NCBI RefSeq assembly: GCF_963921235.1
Contig: NC_086097.1
Span: forward strand, 108,254,001 to 108,318,000
Length of the DNA stretch: 64,000 bases
Direction: 5' to 3'
Origin: Mobula hypostoma
Lineage: Eukaryota
Part shown: positions 1-11,635 of the stretch, piece after piece
How the letters are laid out: each line of letters opens with the position of its first letter
Numbering within the stretch: position 1 is the first letter of the stretch
Notes under the pieces: generated by a model
The model's input: only the letters and a program-made list of their open reading frames with translations
What the model was told of the DNA's origin: nothing
Databases searched by the model: none
Made by a program: the position numbers and the translations under genes

Positions 1-1024
1 GGTCACTTCTCAATGATAATTTCTGATTGTCTCCAGGTTTTGATCAATTTATTCATAAATTCTTTGTTTCTGACTCCCAGCTGATTCCACATTGTAAACC
101 CATCAACAAACAATGATAGGAGAACGCCATCTCTGAGTGCTTGAAGGAAAAGAAGAGATACATTTATAAGTGTTTACATGCCAAAGTTTGGAAAGTTTAT
201 CAGAGAATATTTACTTTTTAAGGGGGTGAACATCTAATATAAAGAAACTGCCTGAATTGATCAGAATTAACTGAATTATATCCGTTCTTTAGTCATTTCT
301 TCACATATATTCGTAGTTCCTAAATGATTTATTGTTGATACATGCATGAAAGTTAACCTCTAACTTTATTTTTATATATTTTTATTGTCTTTATAATTAT
401 TGAACGATGTTGCATGTCGTACCAAGAGACCACAGCAAATTCCTAATATAGTAAATGTATATGGTGAATAAGATTGATCTTTGAGTCACTGAGCATGACT
501 TTCAGGAGCTAATTTGCTCAGTCCTGGTAGACCACATTTTAATGTAATCACAGCCCATGCTAATCTTATTTATGGTGTAACTACCTTGTTAATTGTGAAA
601 TCTGATTTCATAACAGTCTTGTTCAATAATCTTAATTCTTTTTTATCTTGGAATCTGTCAACTTTGAAAGCTATTTTAAATAGAAAAGTATTTTATACAG
701 AACAATCGACAGTTTTAAAGACAGGATTAACAACCGAACATCAGCAGCAATATCTGTGCCTTTCAATTACATCAAGTTAAATCACAATACAATTGAAAGC
801 AGGTCCTTAGCAAGTCATTTTGTGTATCAATTAATGTGTATTTGTAAAAATGATACATATGCTTTGTTGCTTAATCAGTTTGAGGTTCTATTTAAATAGA
901 TTTGAGTTTGCCTCTCTTTGACAACTTTATGTTTGGTGTAATCAACGTCAGAACCATCCGAAGGCTTAATCTCCAGTCTGCTCTAAGGGTTATGTTGTCA
1001 CTGCGCTGTTTATGATGTTTCAGA

Positions 1025-3210
1025 TTCTGTGGCGGCAAAAGGTAATCCAGAATGTTGTGTTGCCTCCCTGGTGCCAGGGTTGAGGAGTGGTTGCTGAACA
1101 TCGCAAGAGAGGAAGGTAAAAGAGGGGGCAGTAAGTTTCACTAATAATCAGGGACATATCACAGCTGCACTGAGTCTACATGGGTATTCACAAGGCAGGA
1201 GTTTGAGTGGCCTGAGGTCATTATGCACATAGGCACAAATGATATAGGTGGAAATAGGGATGAAGTCCTGCTGAATGAATGTAGGGTAGGGAGTTAGGAA
1301 AGAGGTTATAAAGCAGAACTTTGAGGCATGTGCCATGAGCTTGTAAGAGTAAGAATAGAAAGACATGGCAGATGAATGTGTAGCTGAAAAATTGGTGCTA
1401 GGGGCAGTGATTCAAATTTTTGGACTATTGAGATTTCTTCTGGGACAGAGGTGACCTGGACAAGAGGGACAGGGTGCACCTGAACTGGAGGGGATCAATA
1501 TCCTGGTGGGCAGGCAGATTTATAAGAGTTTAAAATATATTGGTGGGGGGGGGGGTTGGATATATAGCAGCAGTAGGATAGGTGGGAGGTTAGAATTTGA
1601 CACAGAATTGAATAGGAACCAGAGTACTAAGTCGGAAAGTGGAGGGATGGGGTGGGGTGCGGGTGGCGAAGATAGATGTCATGACAGGAAAGTCTGTAAG
1701 GAAGGTCAGGCAAGAGAAAGGTGATGCAGACAACTGGTTGGAAGTTAGAGCACAGGTCAATACGTGAGACTATGATGTTATGGGCATTTCAGAGACTTGC
1801 TTGAGAGAGGAGCACAAATGGATGCTTAATGTTCCAGGGTTTCAATGTTTTAAAAAGAGATAAAGAGGAAGGTAAAAGAGGGGCAGGGAATTTCACTAAT
1901 AATCAGGGACAATGTCACAGCTGCACTGAGAGGGTACAGTAATGGACGATGCATCCATTGAGTCTACATGGCTAGAACTAAAAAACGATGAGAAAGGTGC
2001 AATCACTGACCACCAATAGTTACAGGGACATTGAGGAACAGATATGCAGGCAGGTTAAGGGAAGGTGCAAAAGCAAACAGAGTAGTCATAATGGTTATTT
2101 CAGCTTCCCGAATATAGTCTGGAACCTCATGGTAAGCTCGTCCAGAGATTAAGATGCATAGGATCCATGGTGGCTTTAACTTCTTGGGTTCAGAATTGGC
2201 TTGCCCATAGAAGACAGAGGAAAGTGGTCGATGAGTGTTATTCTGGCTGGAGATCTATGACTATTAGTGTTCTGCAGTGATCCATATTGGAAGCTATGGT
2301 GTTTGCGATATACATAAATGACTTAGATGGGAATATGGATAGGTGGGTTAGTAAATTTACAGGCAATACAAAGATTGGTGGTGGTGTGGATAGTATAGAA
2401 GATTGCCAAGGCATACGACAGGATATAGATCAGTTGGAAAAATGGGCAGAGAAATGACAGGTGGAGATTAATCTGACCAAGTATGAGGTGTTGCACCTTA
2501 TCAAATATAAAGGGAAATTACACAATTAATCAGCATTGATGTGCAGAGAGATATTGTGGTCCATTGCCATTGCTCTCTGAAAGTGGTGAAATTAATTGAT
2601 AGTGTGGTAAAGGAAGGATATATGGCATGTCTGCCTTTATTAATTGAGAAGCTGAGCACAAGAGTCAGGATGTTATGTTGCAGCTTTATAAAACTCTGGT
2701 TCAGCTCTATCTCAAGTATTGGATTCATTTCTGGTTGCCTCATTATGAAGGATACGGAGGCTTTGGAGAGGGTACATAATATGTTTGGATTAGAGGGCAT
2801 GAGCTATAAAGAGAGTTTGGACAAACTTGGTTTGTTATCGCTTCATGATGGAGGCTGAGGAGAGACCTGATAGATAATATTACCAGAGGCATAGATAGAA
2901 TAGAAGGATAGCCAGGTATCTTTTTTTCCAAGGTTGTATGTAATGTCTAATACTAAAGGGCACACATTTAAGGCGAGAGGGGTAAAGTTCAAAGGAGATG
3001 TGTGGGACCTTTTTTAATGCAGTGAGTGCTGTGTGTCTGGAATATGCTGCCAGATGGGGTGATGGAGGTTGATACGATAAATTCATTTGTAATGAATGAA
3101 TGTGGACCATGTGCAGGCAAAAGGAATTAGTTTAATTTGGTGCTGTTAATTTGTATAGCACAAAATGGTGAGCCAATGGGCCTGTTCTTTAGCTGTACTA
3201 TTCTACGTAC
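1025..3210 (+). mobile_element. Decayed CR1 LINE (ORF1 esterase-like remnant, endonuclease and RT pieces, 3' end) with large internal deletions
   Basis: TTGCCTCCCTGGTGCCAGGG and CACATAGGCACAAATGATATAGG resemble CR1 ORF1; ORF 2541-2858 (ALERVHNMFGLEGMSYKESLDKLGL) matches the CR1 ORF2 C-terminus; many stops and frameshifts. Confidence 0.8.
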
Positions 3211-3884
3211 TAAAGCCAATAAGCTGAGCATTAAGAAAAGTGGTACAGATTTTTATGAATGTGGATTAAAAAATCAGAAGGCCACAATGATAGGCAATGA
3301 AAGACTAGGATTTCAAACATTTTGAGATTAGTAAGGAGAACAATTTTGGCAAGAAACTTTTCTAACTTCATAAGAGAGTTGCACTGAGAAAACCTTATTT
3401 AGAGTAATCTTCCGAATTATCTGGGTGAAGAAAAGAGGCATGCAAATATTTGGAAAACAATGAAAATGTTATTGGATTTGTAGGATGCAAAATTTGACTC
3501 CATAATGCTCAGTGCTTGGGAGTTTGAATGGTCTCCAGTATAGCAGCTTACAGTTGTACTAGTTACTATATTGATAAAGATGATGATGCACATTTTGCTA
3601 ACATGCACCAAAAGTATCAGCAGAGAGCAGATTGAACAGAAGAAGCAGCTGATTTGACCACAGATGTGCTCAGATCTAAACAGATTCCAAGTGGAACAAA
3701 GGAAATGTGGCCATTTTATGCATAGAAACAAAATCAAAATGTGTGAATGCGGTAATCTTGACAGCACAAGTCCCATATCTCTATGCGCTGCTCATTCAAA
3801 TAGCTGTCCAGATGCCTCTCAAGTGTTATTACGCTTACTGCCTCCACCACCTTCACTTGTAGTTCATTCCAGATACAGCTGCTT

Positions 3885-4670
3885 AGAGAGGGTCGTCAAC
3901 AGTGGTTTCGGCAGCAAACTTAAATATGGCATTACATCCGTGCTTAGAGTAGAGCAGAGGACTGAGCACACAGCTTGTGGTGCCCCTACGCTTCTTTTTG
4001 AGTGTGGAGGAGATGTTGAACTGACTGGGGTCTGTAAGTGAAGAAATTGAGGATCCAGTTGAACAAGGAGGTATTGAGGCCTAGGTCTTGGAGCTTATTG
4101 ATTAGTTTTAAGGGGATAAGAGTGCTGAATGAAGAGCTGTAGTCAAAGAAGAGCATCCTGATGAATGCATCTTCACTGTCCAGATGTTGCAGGGCTGAGT
4201 GGAGAGCCAAAGAAGTGGTATCTGCTGTTGACCTGTTGTGATGGTAGGCAAGTAGGAATGGATCCAAGTCACTCCTCAGGCAGGTGTTGACATGTTTCGT
4301 TGCGAACCTCTTAAAACATTTCATTGCTGTGGGTGTAAGTGCAACTGAACGATAGTCATTGAGGTAGGTCGCCACGTACTTTTGGGCACTGGCATGATTG
4401 AAGCCTGCTTTAAATAGGTAGGTACCTCAGACTGCCAAAGTGAGAGGTTAGAGGGATCAGTAAATATTCCAGCCAATTGATTAGCTTAGGTCTTCAGTAT
4501 TTAGCTAGGTGCACCCTCTGGGCCAGATGCTTTCCATGGGTTCACAGTCCTGAAGGATGCTCTCTTGTCTATGTCAGACACTGAAATCATAGGGTTGTCA
4601 GGGGTTGAGAGAGTTCATAAAGGTTCTCTCAGTCAAAGTAAGCATGAAAAGCACTGAGCTAAACCTTGTT
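3885..4670 (-). mobile_element. Rex1/Babar-type LINE RT fragment
   Basis: ORF 3986-4375 LNDYRSVALTPTAMKCFKR...RMLFFDYSSSFSTLIPLKLINKLQDLGL. Confidence 0.85.
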
Positions 4671-5269
4671 GTCACATATTTTGTAGCCTGGGGAAAATTA
4701 CAAATGCATGACAACAAATAATTTTTCGGGTCTTTAATTCCTTTATCTGTTTGAGATGTTTCAGTGCAGAAAGAGGGTATCAAAATAAAAACAATGAAAT
4801 GAATTTTTAAAAAAAACAGTTCTTGCTGTTATAATCTCAGTTTAATTTCGGACCATACCCTTGTTACGTATGTAGTATGAAAATAAACATAACAAAATAT
4901 ACCAAGCCAATATGGTAGTGACAATTTTTGGCACATACGTGCTTAACTTCCAAACACATTTAGGTTAAACCCTGAAATGAGTTTTCCTTGCTAACACTAT
5001 TAGGCCGATAAGGAAATTCACACAGTACTATTCCAGTGCTGATCAATTTTCTCATGAAAATCTTTCCTTCTCAAATTTAGGGAAAACACTCGAATGTCGT
5101 TCTCTCTAGAATATGGCAACTCTTCGTTCTACACTCGTGCAAAATGATGTCACCATTTTCTCTTAAAGGCGCAGGCAGCTATTAGCATTACCAAGGCGGA
5201 TGGGTGCACTTTAACAATTAAAAAAAATGATACTCAATGGTCACCTGCTTACACGTATGTCGCTTGGTT

Positions 5270-6000
5270 TTAACTTTGTTAGGTGGTGATAGCATTCAAG
5301 CACTACTACAGCTGTTAAGCATCCTTCTGTGATTCACGTTTGGTTTGGATTTGCCACTTCCACATGTGAGATGGCTTTCCAGAAGTCATACCCAGACCTG
5401 TTGTACTTTCCTTGGTTGCAAGACCTGAACACCCAGTGATCTAGCCTCTCCTGGTTCATCCAGGCCTTCTGCTTGGGGAAGACTTTGAATGATTTTGTAG
5501 GGACACACTGGTCCACAGGTGTCTTCATAAAGTCTATTTGACAACCATGCCACAGTCATTCATATCATGAGTTTTTGAACATGGCCGAGTCCACCTACTC
5601 AAAGCAGTTCCATAGCCACTCCACTGCCTCCCTCGGCCTCCTCTTTGTTGTCCTGACCACGAGTGTTTTGCCCTTTAGCCTCTGCCTTTATACAGATAGG
5701 TGGAGGACAGCCAGATGATCAGATTTACTGAAATGTGAACGGGGTGAAACATTCCTGATTGTAGTCTAACAGTGGTTGAGTAGGTTGGGCCTCGGTGCTA
5801 CAGAAGATACGTTGATGACAAATGGGCGAGACTTTTCCAAGCAAGTCTGATTGAGGTCTCCAGCAATGATGTGCAAGCATCAAGGTAGGCTGTTTCTTGT
5901 TTGCTAAGTGTGGCCCTCAATACATCAAGTGCTTGCTTAACACCTGCCTTTTGGCAATATGTAAACTGTAGCCAAGATCACGGAGGAGAACTCTAGCCTT
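5270..6000 (-). mobile_element. Rex1/Babar-type LINE fragment (endonuclease/linker region)
   Basis: ORF 5334-5528 VDQCVPTKSFKVFPKQKAWMNQE; similar to the Rex copy at 36100-36700. Confidence 0.7.
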
Positions 6001-6089
6001 TATACTGTTTTGCTACTTGTTGATATTATCTGCATGTGATGTTATTTCAGATATCTTTGTTGAGACGAACCTCTAAGATCTCATTAATA

Positions 6090-6368
6090 AGGCATTTTCA
6101 CACGCAGAGCTGATGCTCACTGGATGTTTTTTTTTCACCATTCTAGAGATTGTTGTGTGTGAAAATCCCCTGGAGATCAGCAGGTTCTGAGAAATTTATA
6201 CCACCCACTCTGGCACAAAGAATCATTCCACAGTCAAAGTCACTTAAATCACATTTCTTCCCCATTCCTATGTTTGGTCTGAATGACAACTGACCCTCTT
6301 CACCATGTCTGCAATGAGCCACATGACCAGCTGATTAGTTATTTGCACTAATTCTTGCCACTGAGTGT
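6090..6368 (-). mobile_element. Tc1 transposon 5' end fragment (terminus plus transposase N-terminus)
   Basis: Minus strand reads ATGGGGAAGAAATGTGATTTAAGTGACTTTGACTGTGGAATGATT = MGKKCDLSDFDCGMI, a Tc1 N-terminus; plus strand ends ...GCCACTGAGTG followed by TA. Confidence 0.75.
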
Positions 6369-6804
6369 ATATGTACTTTGTTAATGAATTTACTTTGACT
6401 TTGAGAGATTGGCTAGACTGAGATACTGTCGTACAGTAGGTTGTGGAGTGACTGTGTAGAGATTTATGAGGGACAGAGATAAGGTAGGTAGTTGCAATCA
6501 TTATTCAAGGGTAGGGAGTGTAAAGCTGGAGTACAAAGATTGAAGATGAGAGGGAAAATAGTTAAAGAGATTTGAGGGGCAGGTTCTTCATGTGGGGGGG
6601 GGGGGGAAGGTGAGTATATGGAATAGGCTGCCAGAGAAGAAGTAGAAACAAGTGCAATCACAACATTTTAAAAGCATCTGGACGGGTAGGTGAATATGAA
6701 ACAAGTAGCTGGATATAAGCCAAATACAGTAAAATGAGTTAGCAACTCTGTCAGCATGGATGAGGTGGGATGAAAGGCCTGTTTTGACTGTGTGACTCAG
6801 ACTC

Positions 6805-7125
6805 AGAATCAGAATCAGGTTTAATATCACTGGCATATGTCGTGACATTTGTTGTCTTTGTGGTAGCAGTACAATGCAATACATAATAATAAACAAAAAG
6901 TGTGCATTACAGTAAATACATTAATTAGTTAAATTAATAAGTAGTGCAAAAATAAAAAATTTTTAAAAAGTAGTGAGGTAGTGTTCATGGGTCCATTCAG
7001 AAATTGAATGGCAGAGGGGAAGAAGCTGTCCCAGTATAGTTGAGTGTGTGGCTTCAGGCTTCTGTGCCTCCTTCCTGATGGTAGCAATGAGAATGAGCCG
7101 TGAGCTGGGTGATGGGGGACTCTGG
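6805..7125 (-). mobile_element. Rex1/Babar 3' end
   Basis: (AGAATC)n tail on plus strand; ORF 6929-7138 HHPAHGSFSLLPSGRRHRSLKPHT...SFFPSAI. Confidence 0.8.
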
Positions 7126-7356
7126 CACTCTGATGCATTGATTTTTCCAGCTATGCTTCTATGCCAAATTGTATTTGCCATTGCATTTAACTGACCTTAA
7201 TTACAGGAGAGAGGTTAGTGAACTGCTAACCCTGCACACCCCCCCCCCCGCACCCACAGCCAGCGACTATCTTCCACTGCTTTAGTGGTGTGTTTTTGGA
7301 AATCCGCCTGCATCTCTACGGAGCAAGGACATCTCCTGGCCTAGAATAACACATAG

Positions 7357-7560
7357 AAAATGCTCAGCAAAAGGAACTCAGCAGCTCAGGCAGCAGTAAT
7401 AGGGAGGAATAAGCAGTCAATGTTTCAGGCTGATGAAGGGTCTCAGCCTGAAACGTCAGCTGTTTATTCCTTTCCATGGATGCTGCCTGATCTGCTGAGT
7501 ACCTCCAGCATTTTGTGTGTGTTGCTCTGGATTTCCAGCATCTGCAGAATCTCTTGTGTT
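7357..7560. mobile_element. Fold-back (head-to-head) pair of Penelope-like element tails with a hammerhead core at the centre
   Basis: Arms 7357-7433 and 7443-7514 are inverted repeats (perfect GTTTCAGGCTGA/TCAGCCTGAAAC at the centre); same sequence as the Penelope tail at 29945-30041. Confidence 0.75.
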
Positions 7561-7574
7561 GGTCATCTCCTGAC

Positions 7575-7905
7575 CTGCTGGAGCGTCTGTGTATCTCTCC
7601 TGCAAGCGATGCGGGCAGGATTTTCCGACTGAGAAAGCCAGAGGCCCGAAGGCCTGACTTGGGGTTGGAGGACTGGCTGTGTGTGGGGAGGGGGATGGGA
7701 GGAAAGGAGCTTGTTTTGCTACCGTTGTTTTCTTGCTTGTTGTGTTCTGTGTCATTCTGCTGAGCATTATGGGTATGCTGCGTTGGTGCAGGAATATGTG
7801 GCAACACTTGTGGGCTGCTCCGAGCACATCGTTAGGTTATGTTGGTTGTTCACACAAATGACACATTCACTGTATGTTTCCATGTGATAAGTGAATGAAT
7901 CCGAA
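7575..7905 (+). mobile_element. Non-autonomous retroelement/SINE 3' part
   Basis: 3' part is shared with 20990-21202 and with the tail of the SINE at 57757-58083. Confidence 0.55.
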
Positions 7906-8149
7906 CATCAAGTTGGTGCACTGCTTACTTCAGAAATGACATAATCAGATACAGTGATCCTCATATCTGTCTTCGGGTTATTATCAAATGAATCGGAGAA
8001 TCTTACGGCTTGAAAGGAAGCCTTTGAAATTCAAAGCCCAGCTCTTACTTGAACCCTGCAAATTCTTCAGCTTGTGTCCAGCCATTTTATCCAAGTAGCT
8101 GAGATTTTGATTTGATCCACAATTTAGGGAATGCAGTCAAGATTCCATT

Positions 8150-9130
8150 GATAGGGCACTGAATGGTGTGGCACTGTGGAATGCGCTGGGACAAGGATCT
8201 GGGGATACAGATCCATAATTCCCTGCAAGTGGTATCACAGGTAGATAGGGTCATGAGAGCACTTTTGGCACATTGGCCTTCATAATTCAAAGTATTGAGC
8301 ACAGGACCTGGGATGTTATTTTAAAGTTGTATAAGACTAATTTGGAGTATTGTGTACAATTCTGGTTACTTATCTACAGGAAACATATGAATAAGACTGA
8401 AAGAGTACAGAGAAAACCTACAAGGATGTTGCTGGGAGTTGAGGGCCTGAGTTCTCGGGAAGAGTTGAACAGGTTCGGACTTTATTCACTAAAGCATAGG
8501 AGAATGAGAGTAGATTTGATAGAGGTGTACAAACCTTTTTTTTAAGCGTGCCGCACCAGACAGTCAACCATTCTTGTCTGGTGCGTGGTGTTAGGATTGG
8601 TCTCCTTTTGGATTAACCAGATCACGATATGAACGTTCCTGACATGACCTTTTTTTTTACAAGGCCGAGTGGCTAGCTCGACGCTCAACCCGGCACCGAT
8701 GGAAAGCGTGCTCGGGGGGGTGGCCGGACTTGGATTCGAACTCGGGAACCTTCGCTCCGGAGTCCGGTGCTGATGCTATTGTGCTACCAGCCGGCCTACA
8801 AACCTATGAAATGTATAGATATGGTAAATGCAAGCAGGCTTTTTTCCACTGAGGTTGGGTGAGACTAGAACTAGAGGCCATGGGTGAAGGATGAAAACTG
8901 GAACGTGTGGGGGAACTTCTTAGCTCAGATGGTGGTAAGAGTGTGGAAAGAGCTGCCACTGGAAGTGGTGAATGTGGGTTCAATTTAAACATTTAAGGGC
9001 AGTTTGGATAAAGACGTGGATGTGAGGGGTATGAAGGATTGTGGTTGATGGGACTAGGCAGAATAATAGGGTATGGACTAGATGGGCCAAAGCACCTGGT
9101 TCTGTACTGTACTTTTCTGCAACTCTCTGA
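8150..9130 (+). mobile_element. CR1 LINE 3' fragment interrupted by a SINE
   Basis: ORF 8273-8545 AFIIQSIEHRTWDVILKLYKTNLEYCVQFW...; sequence resumes after 8805. Confidence 0.85.
8537..8796 (-). mobile_element. Young tRNA-derived SINE, 260 bp
   Basis: 9-bp TSD TACAAACCT (8528-8536, 8797-8805); A-box-like TGGTAGCACAATAG and B-box GAGTTCGAATCC on minus strand; poly(A) tail; CpG-rich. Confidence 0.9.
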
Positions 9131-9659
9131 CCATGGTGACTGTATAGTGGGAAAAAATTCTCTCAGTTTCCCTTCTAGCTCTTTTGTGATTTATTGTAAA
9201 TCTCTGGCCTTTGATTGTCAGCTCACTTGCCACAGCAGAGAAGCACTGAAGTTACAGCAGTTAGAGATCAGATTAAGATATATTATCATTGATATGTGTC
9301 ATAAAATTTGTTGCTTTGTCACAGCAGTACAATGCAAGAAATAAAAATTACTATAAGGTTCAAAAATGTTTCAAAAGAAGAATAATGAGCAAATAGACCT
9401 CCTTAAATAATATTAAATCTCTCTTGGTAATTTCACCAACTTCCCCAAATAATGGAAGACCAGTATCAACATTATTACCTGTGACTTCTCTGTGTGCAGA
9501 GCATCACTGTGGCATTGTTAAAGTGTGATGTCCGCAACTGCACGCATTGCTGAACTGAGCCTCCAGTCAGTATTTGTTCAGTGCGCTTCCTGCTTCCTTA
9601 GTGTTTGCATTTAATACACCAGTCTGCAAGGCACAGTATTCTCAATTGCCAATCAATTT

Positions 9660-10320
9660 GCCCTCAGGGCATTGAATATAGAAATTGGATTTGTTATGTT
9701 GCATTTGTGTAAGATATTGGTGAGACCACAATTGACCTTATTGTGACTAAAACTGAACACCAAGCTATAGGAAAGACTTCATGAAGCTGGAGAAAAGGCA
9801 GAGATTTACAAGGATGTTTCCAGGACTTGTGGGACTGGGTTACAGAGGATTACTGAGCAGCCTGGATCTTTATTCACTAGCTTTTAAGAGAATGAAAGGT
9901 GATCTTACAGACAGGTATAACAATGTGAGGAGTATAGATTGGGTCAATGCAAACACTCATTTCACTGGAATTGGGGACATCAAGACCTAGAGAGTATAGG
10001 TTTAATTGGAGAGGGGAGAGATTTGATAGGACACTGAGGGGCAAGTTTTGCACCCATATGTGAAATGAGTTACCAGAGGAAATGGTTAAGGTAAGTACAT
10101 TAACAACACTTGAAAGTTATTTGGACAATTACAGCAGTAGGAAAGGTTAGAGGGAAATGGGTAAAACATAGGCAATTGAGACTAGCTTAGCTGGGAATCT
10201 TGATTGGCATGGAAACAGGTCCAAGGGAGATAAGGAGGTGGAGGAGGTAATGGGATTGATGAGATCACCCTGCTGGGTGTTGGCCTGGACCTAATGAGTC
10301 AAATCACTTACTCTGATGTA
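9660..10320 (+). mobile_element. Decayed CR1 3' fragment
   Basis: ORF 9781-9990 QRFTRMFPGLVGLGYRGLLSSLDLYSL. Confidence 0.75.
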
Positions 10321-11337
10321 GTAAACAAGCAAGTTGTCAAATAGAAAATGTTATTTAATGATAATACAATTTTTTTAATATGCAAGATTACAGACAATTT
10401 TGCATTTATGTGAGCAGGTAATGTCAACCCTCTTGGGCTCTTTATTGAATCTATGTTTCAACCTTGTCAAGACTTTGGTTACAATGAGCCAGTAATAGGA
10501 GCTGGTTGCCACTGGTTGTGTTGTGGATGATTTTATAACCCAAACCCTAACTACTCTTACATACACCACAGTTGAGGTGTTCCAACATCTTGTGCCATTT
10601 ATACATTAACTCCATTCTTCTCATGCTTAATTTTACCCAGAAATGATTGCTGACGCAATTTATTTACATTGAAATCTACTCAGGAATTTTTGAAAAAAAG
10701 CAAGTACAGTACTTGTCTATAACAATGCGTAAGGATTCTCTTAAGGCCATGGGATCCATGCTGGCTTCCAAAGCATATCCCATCAGCTCCTTTTCCCACT
10801 TCATTTCTATTTAGCTCTGCTAGTTTAATCTTTCTCATGTACTCATCATCTCTCTTTTGATCCTTTTGCCACTCACCTATAATTTGCAGTGACCACTTTT
10901 TGGTAGCAGGGAATCAAAACAGACGGGGAAACTCAAGTGTGCAAACAGCACACAAGGTTAGGACTGAGGATGGACTGCTGGAGCCATTGAGCAGCAGAAC
11001 TAACTGCTGTGTTACTATGCTGCACACATGCTACAGGTTCTAGGCAGATGTACTGCAATGGTTTTGTTACAGGGGATAAGGAGAAACAACTCATATGGCA
11101 CTTTTTGATATACGAAAGCTCTTTATAGATTATAATGTACTTCAAAATTGTAGTTGCTGTTGTATTATTAGAAAGATAGAGATTATTTTGTACATCTGAA
11201 TGACCAAATAATGGCCAAATCTCTACTTTTGTAATACTGAGTGAAAGATTGGCTATATATAACTACCCTATTTCTGTTGGAAACTATTGATTGTCTCCAC
11301 AGCTACCATCGATGTCTACAAAATTCAAGAAAATGTC

Positions 11338-11635
11338 AGTCAGAATCAGGTTTAATGTCACTGGCATATGTCATGAATTGTTGTTTTAAGGCACATTAAG
11401 GTAAATTGCAGTACTTAATAATAAATAAACCATAAATTACAATATGAAATATATTTTTTAAAAATCAATTAAATAAGTGTGCAAAAACAGAAAAAATATT
11501 GAGGCAGTGTACATGGGTTCACTGTCCATTCAGAAATCTGATGTTGGAGGGGAAGCAGCTGTTTCTAAAACATTGAGTGTGTGTCTTCAGGCTCCTGTAC
11601 CTTCTACTTCATGGTAGCAATGAGAAGAGGGTATT
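11338..11635 (-). mobile_element. Rex1/Babar 3' end
   Basis: Same tail as 6805-7125 (CAGAATCAGGTTTAAT...CACTGGCATATGTC). Confidence 0.75.

Noticed and set aside
8700..8796. Functional tRNA gene
   Set aside because: It is the head of a SINE with tail and TSD; no complete cloverleaf seen.
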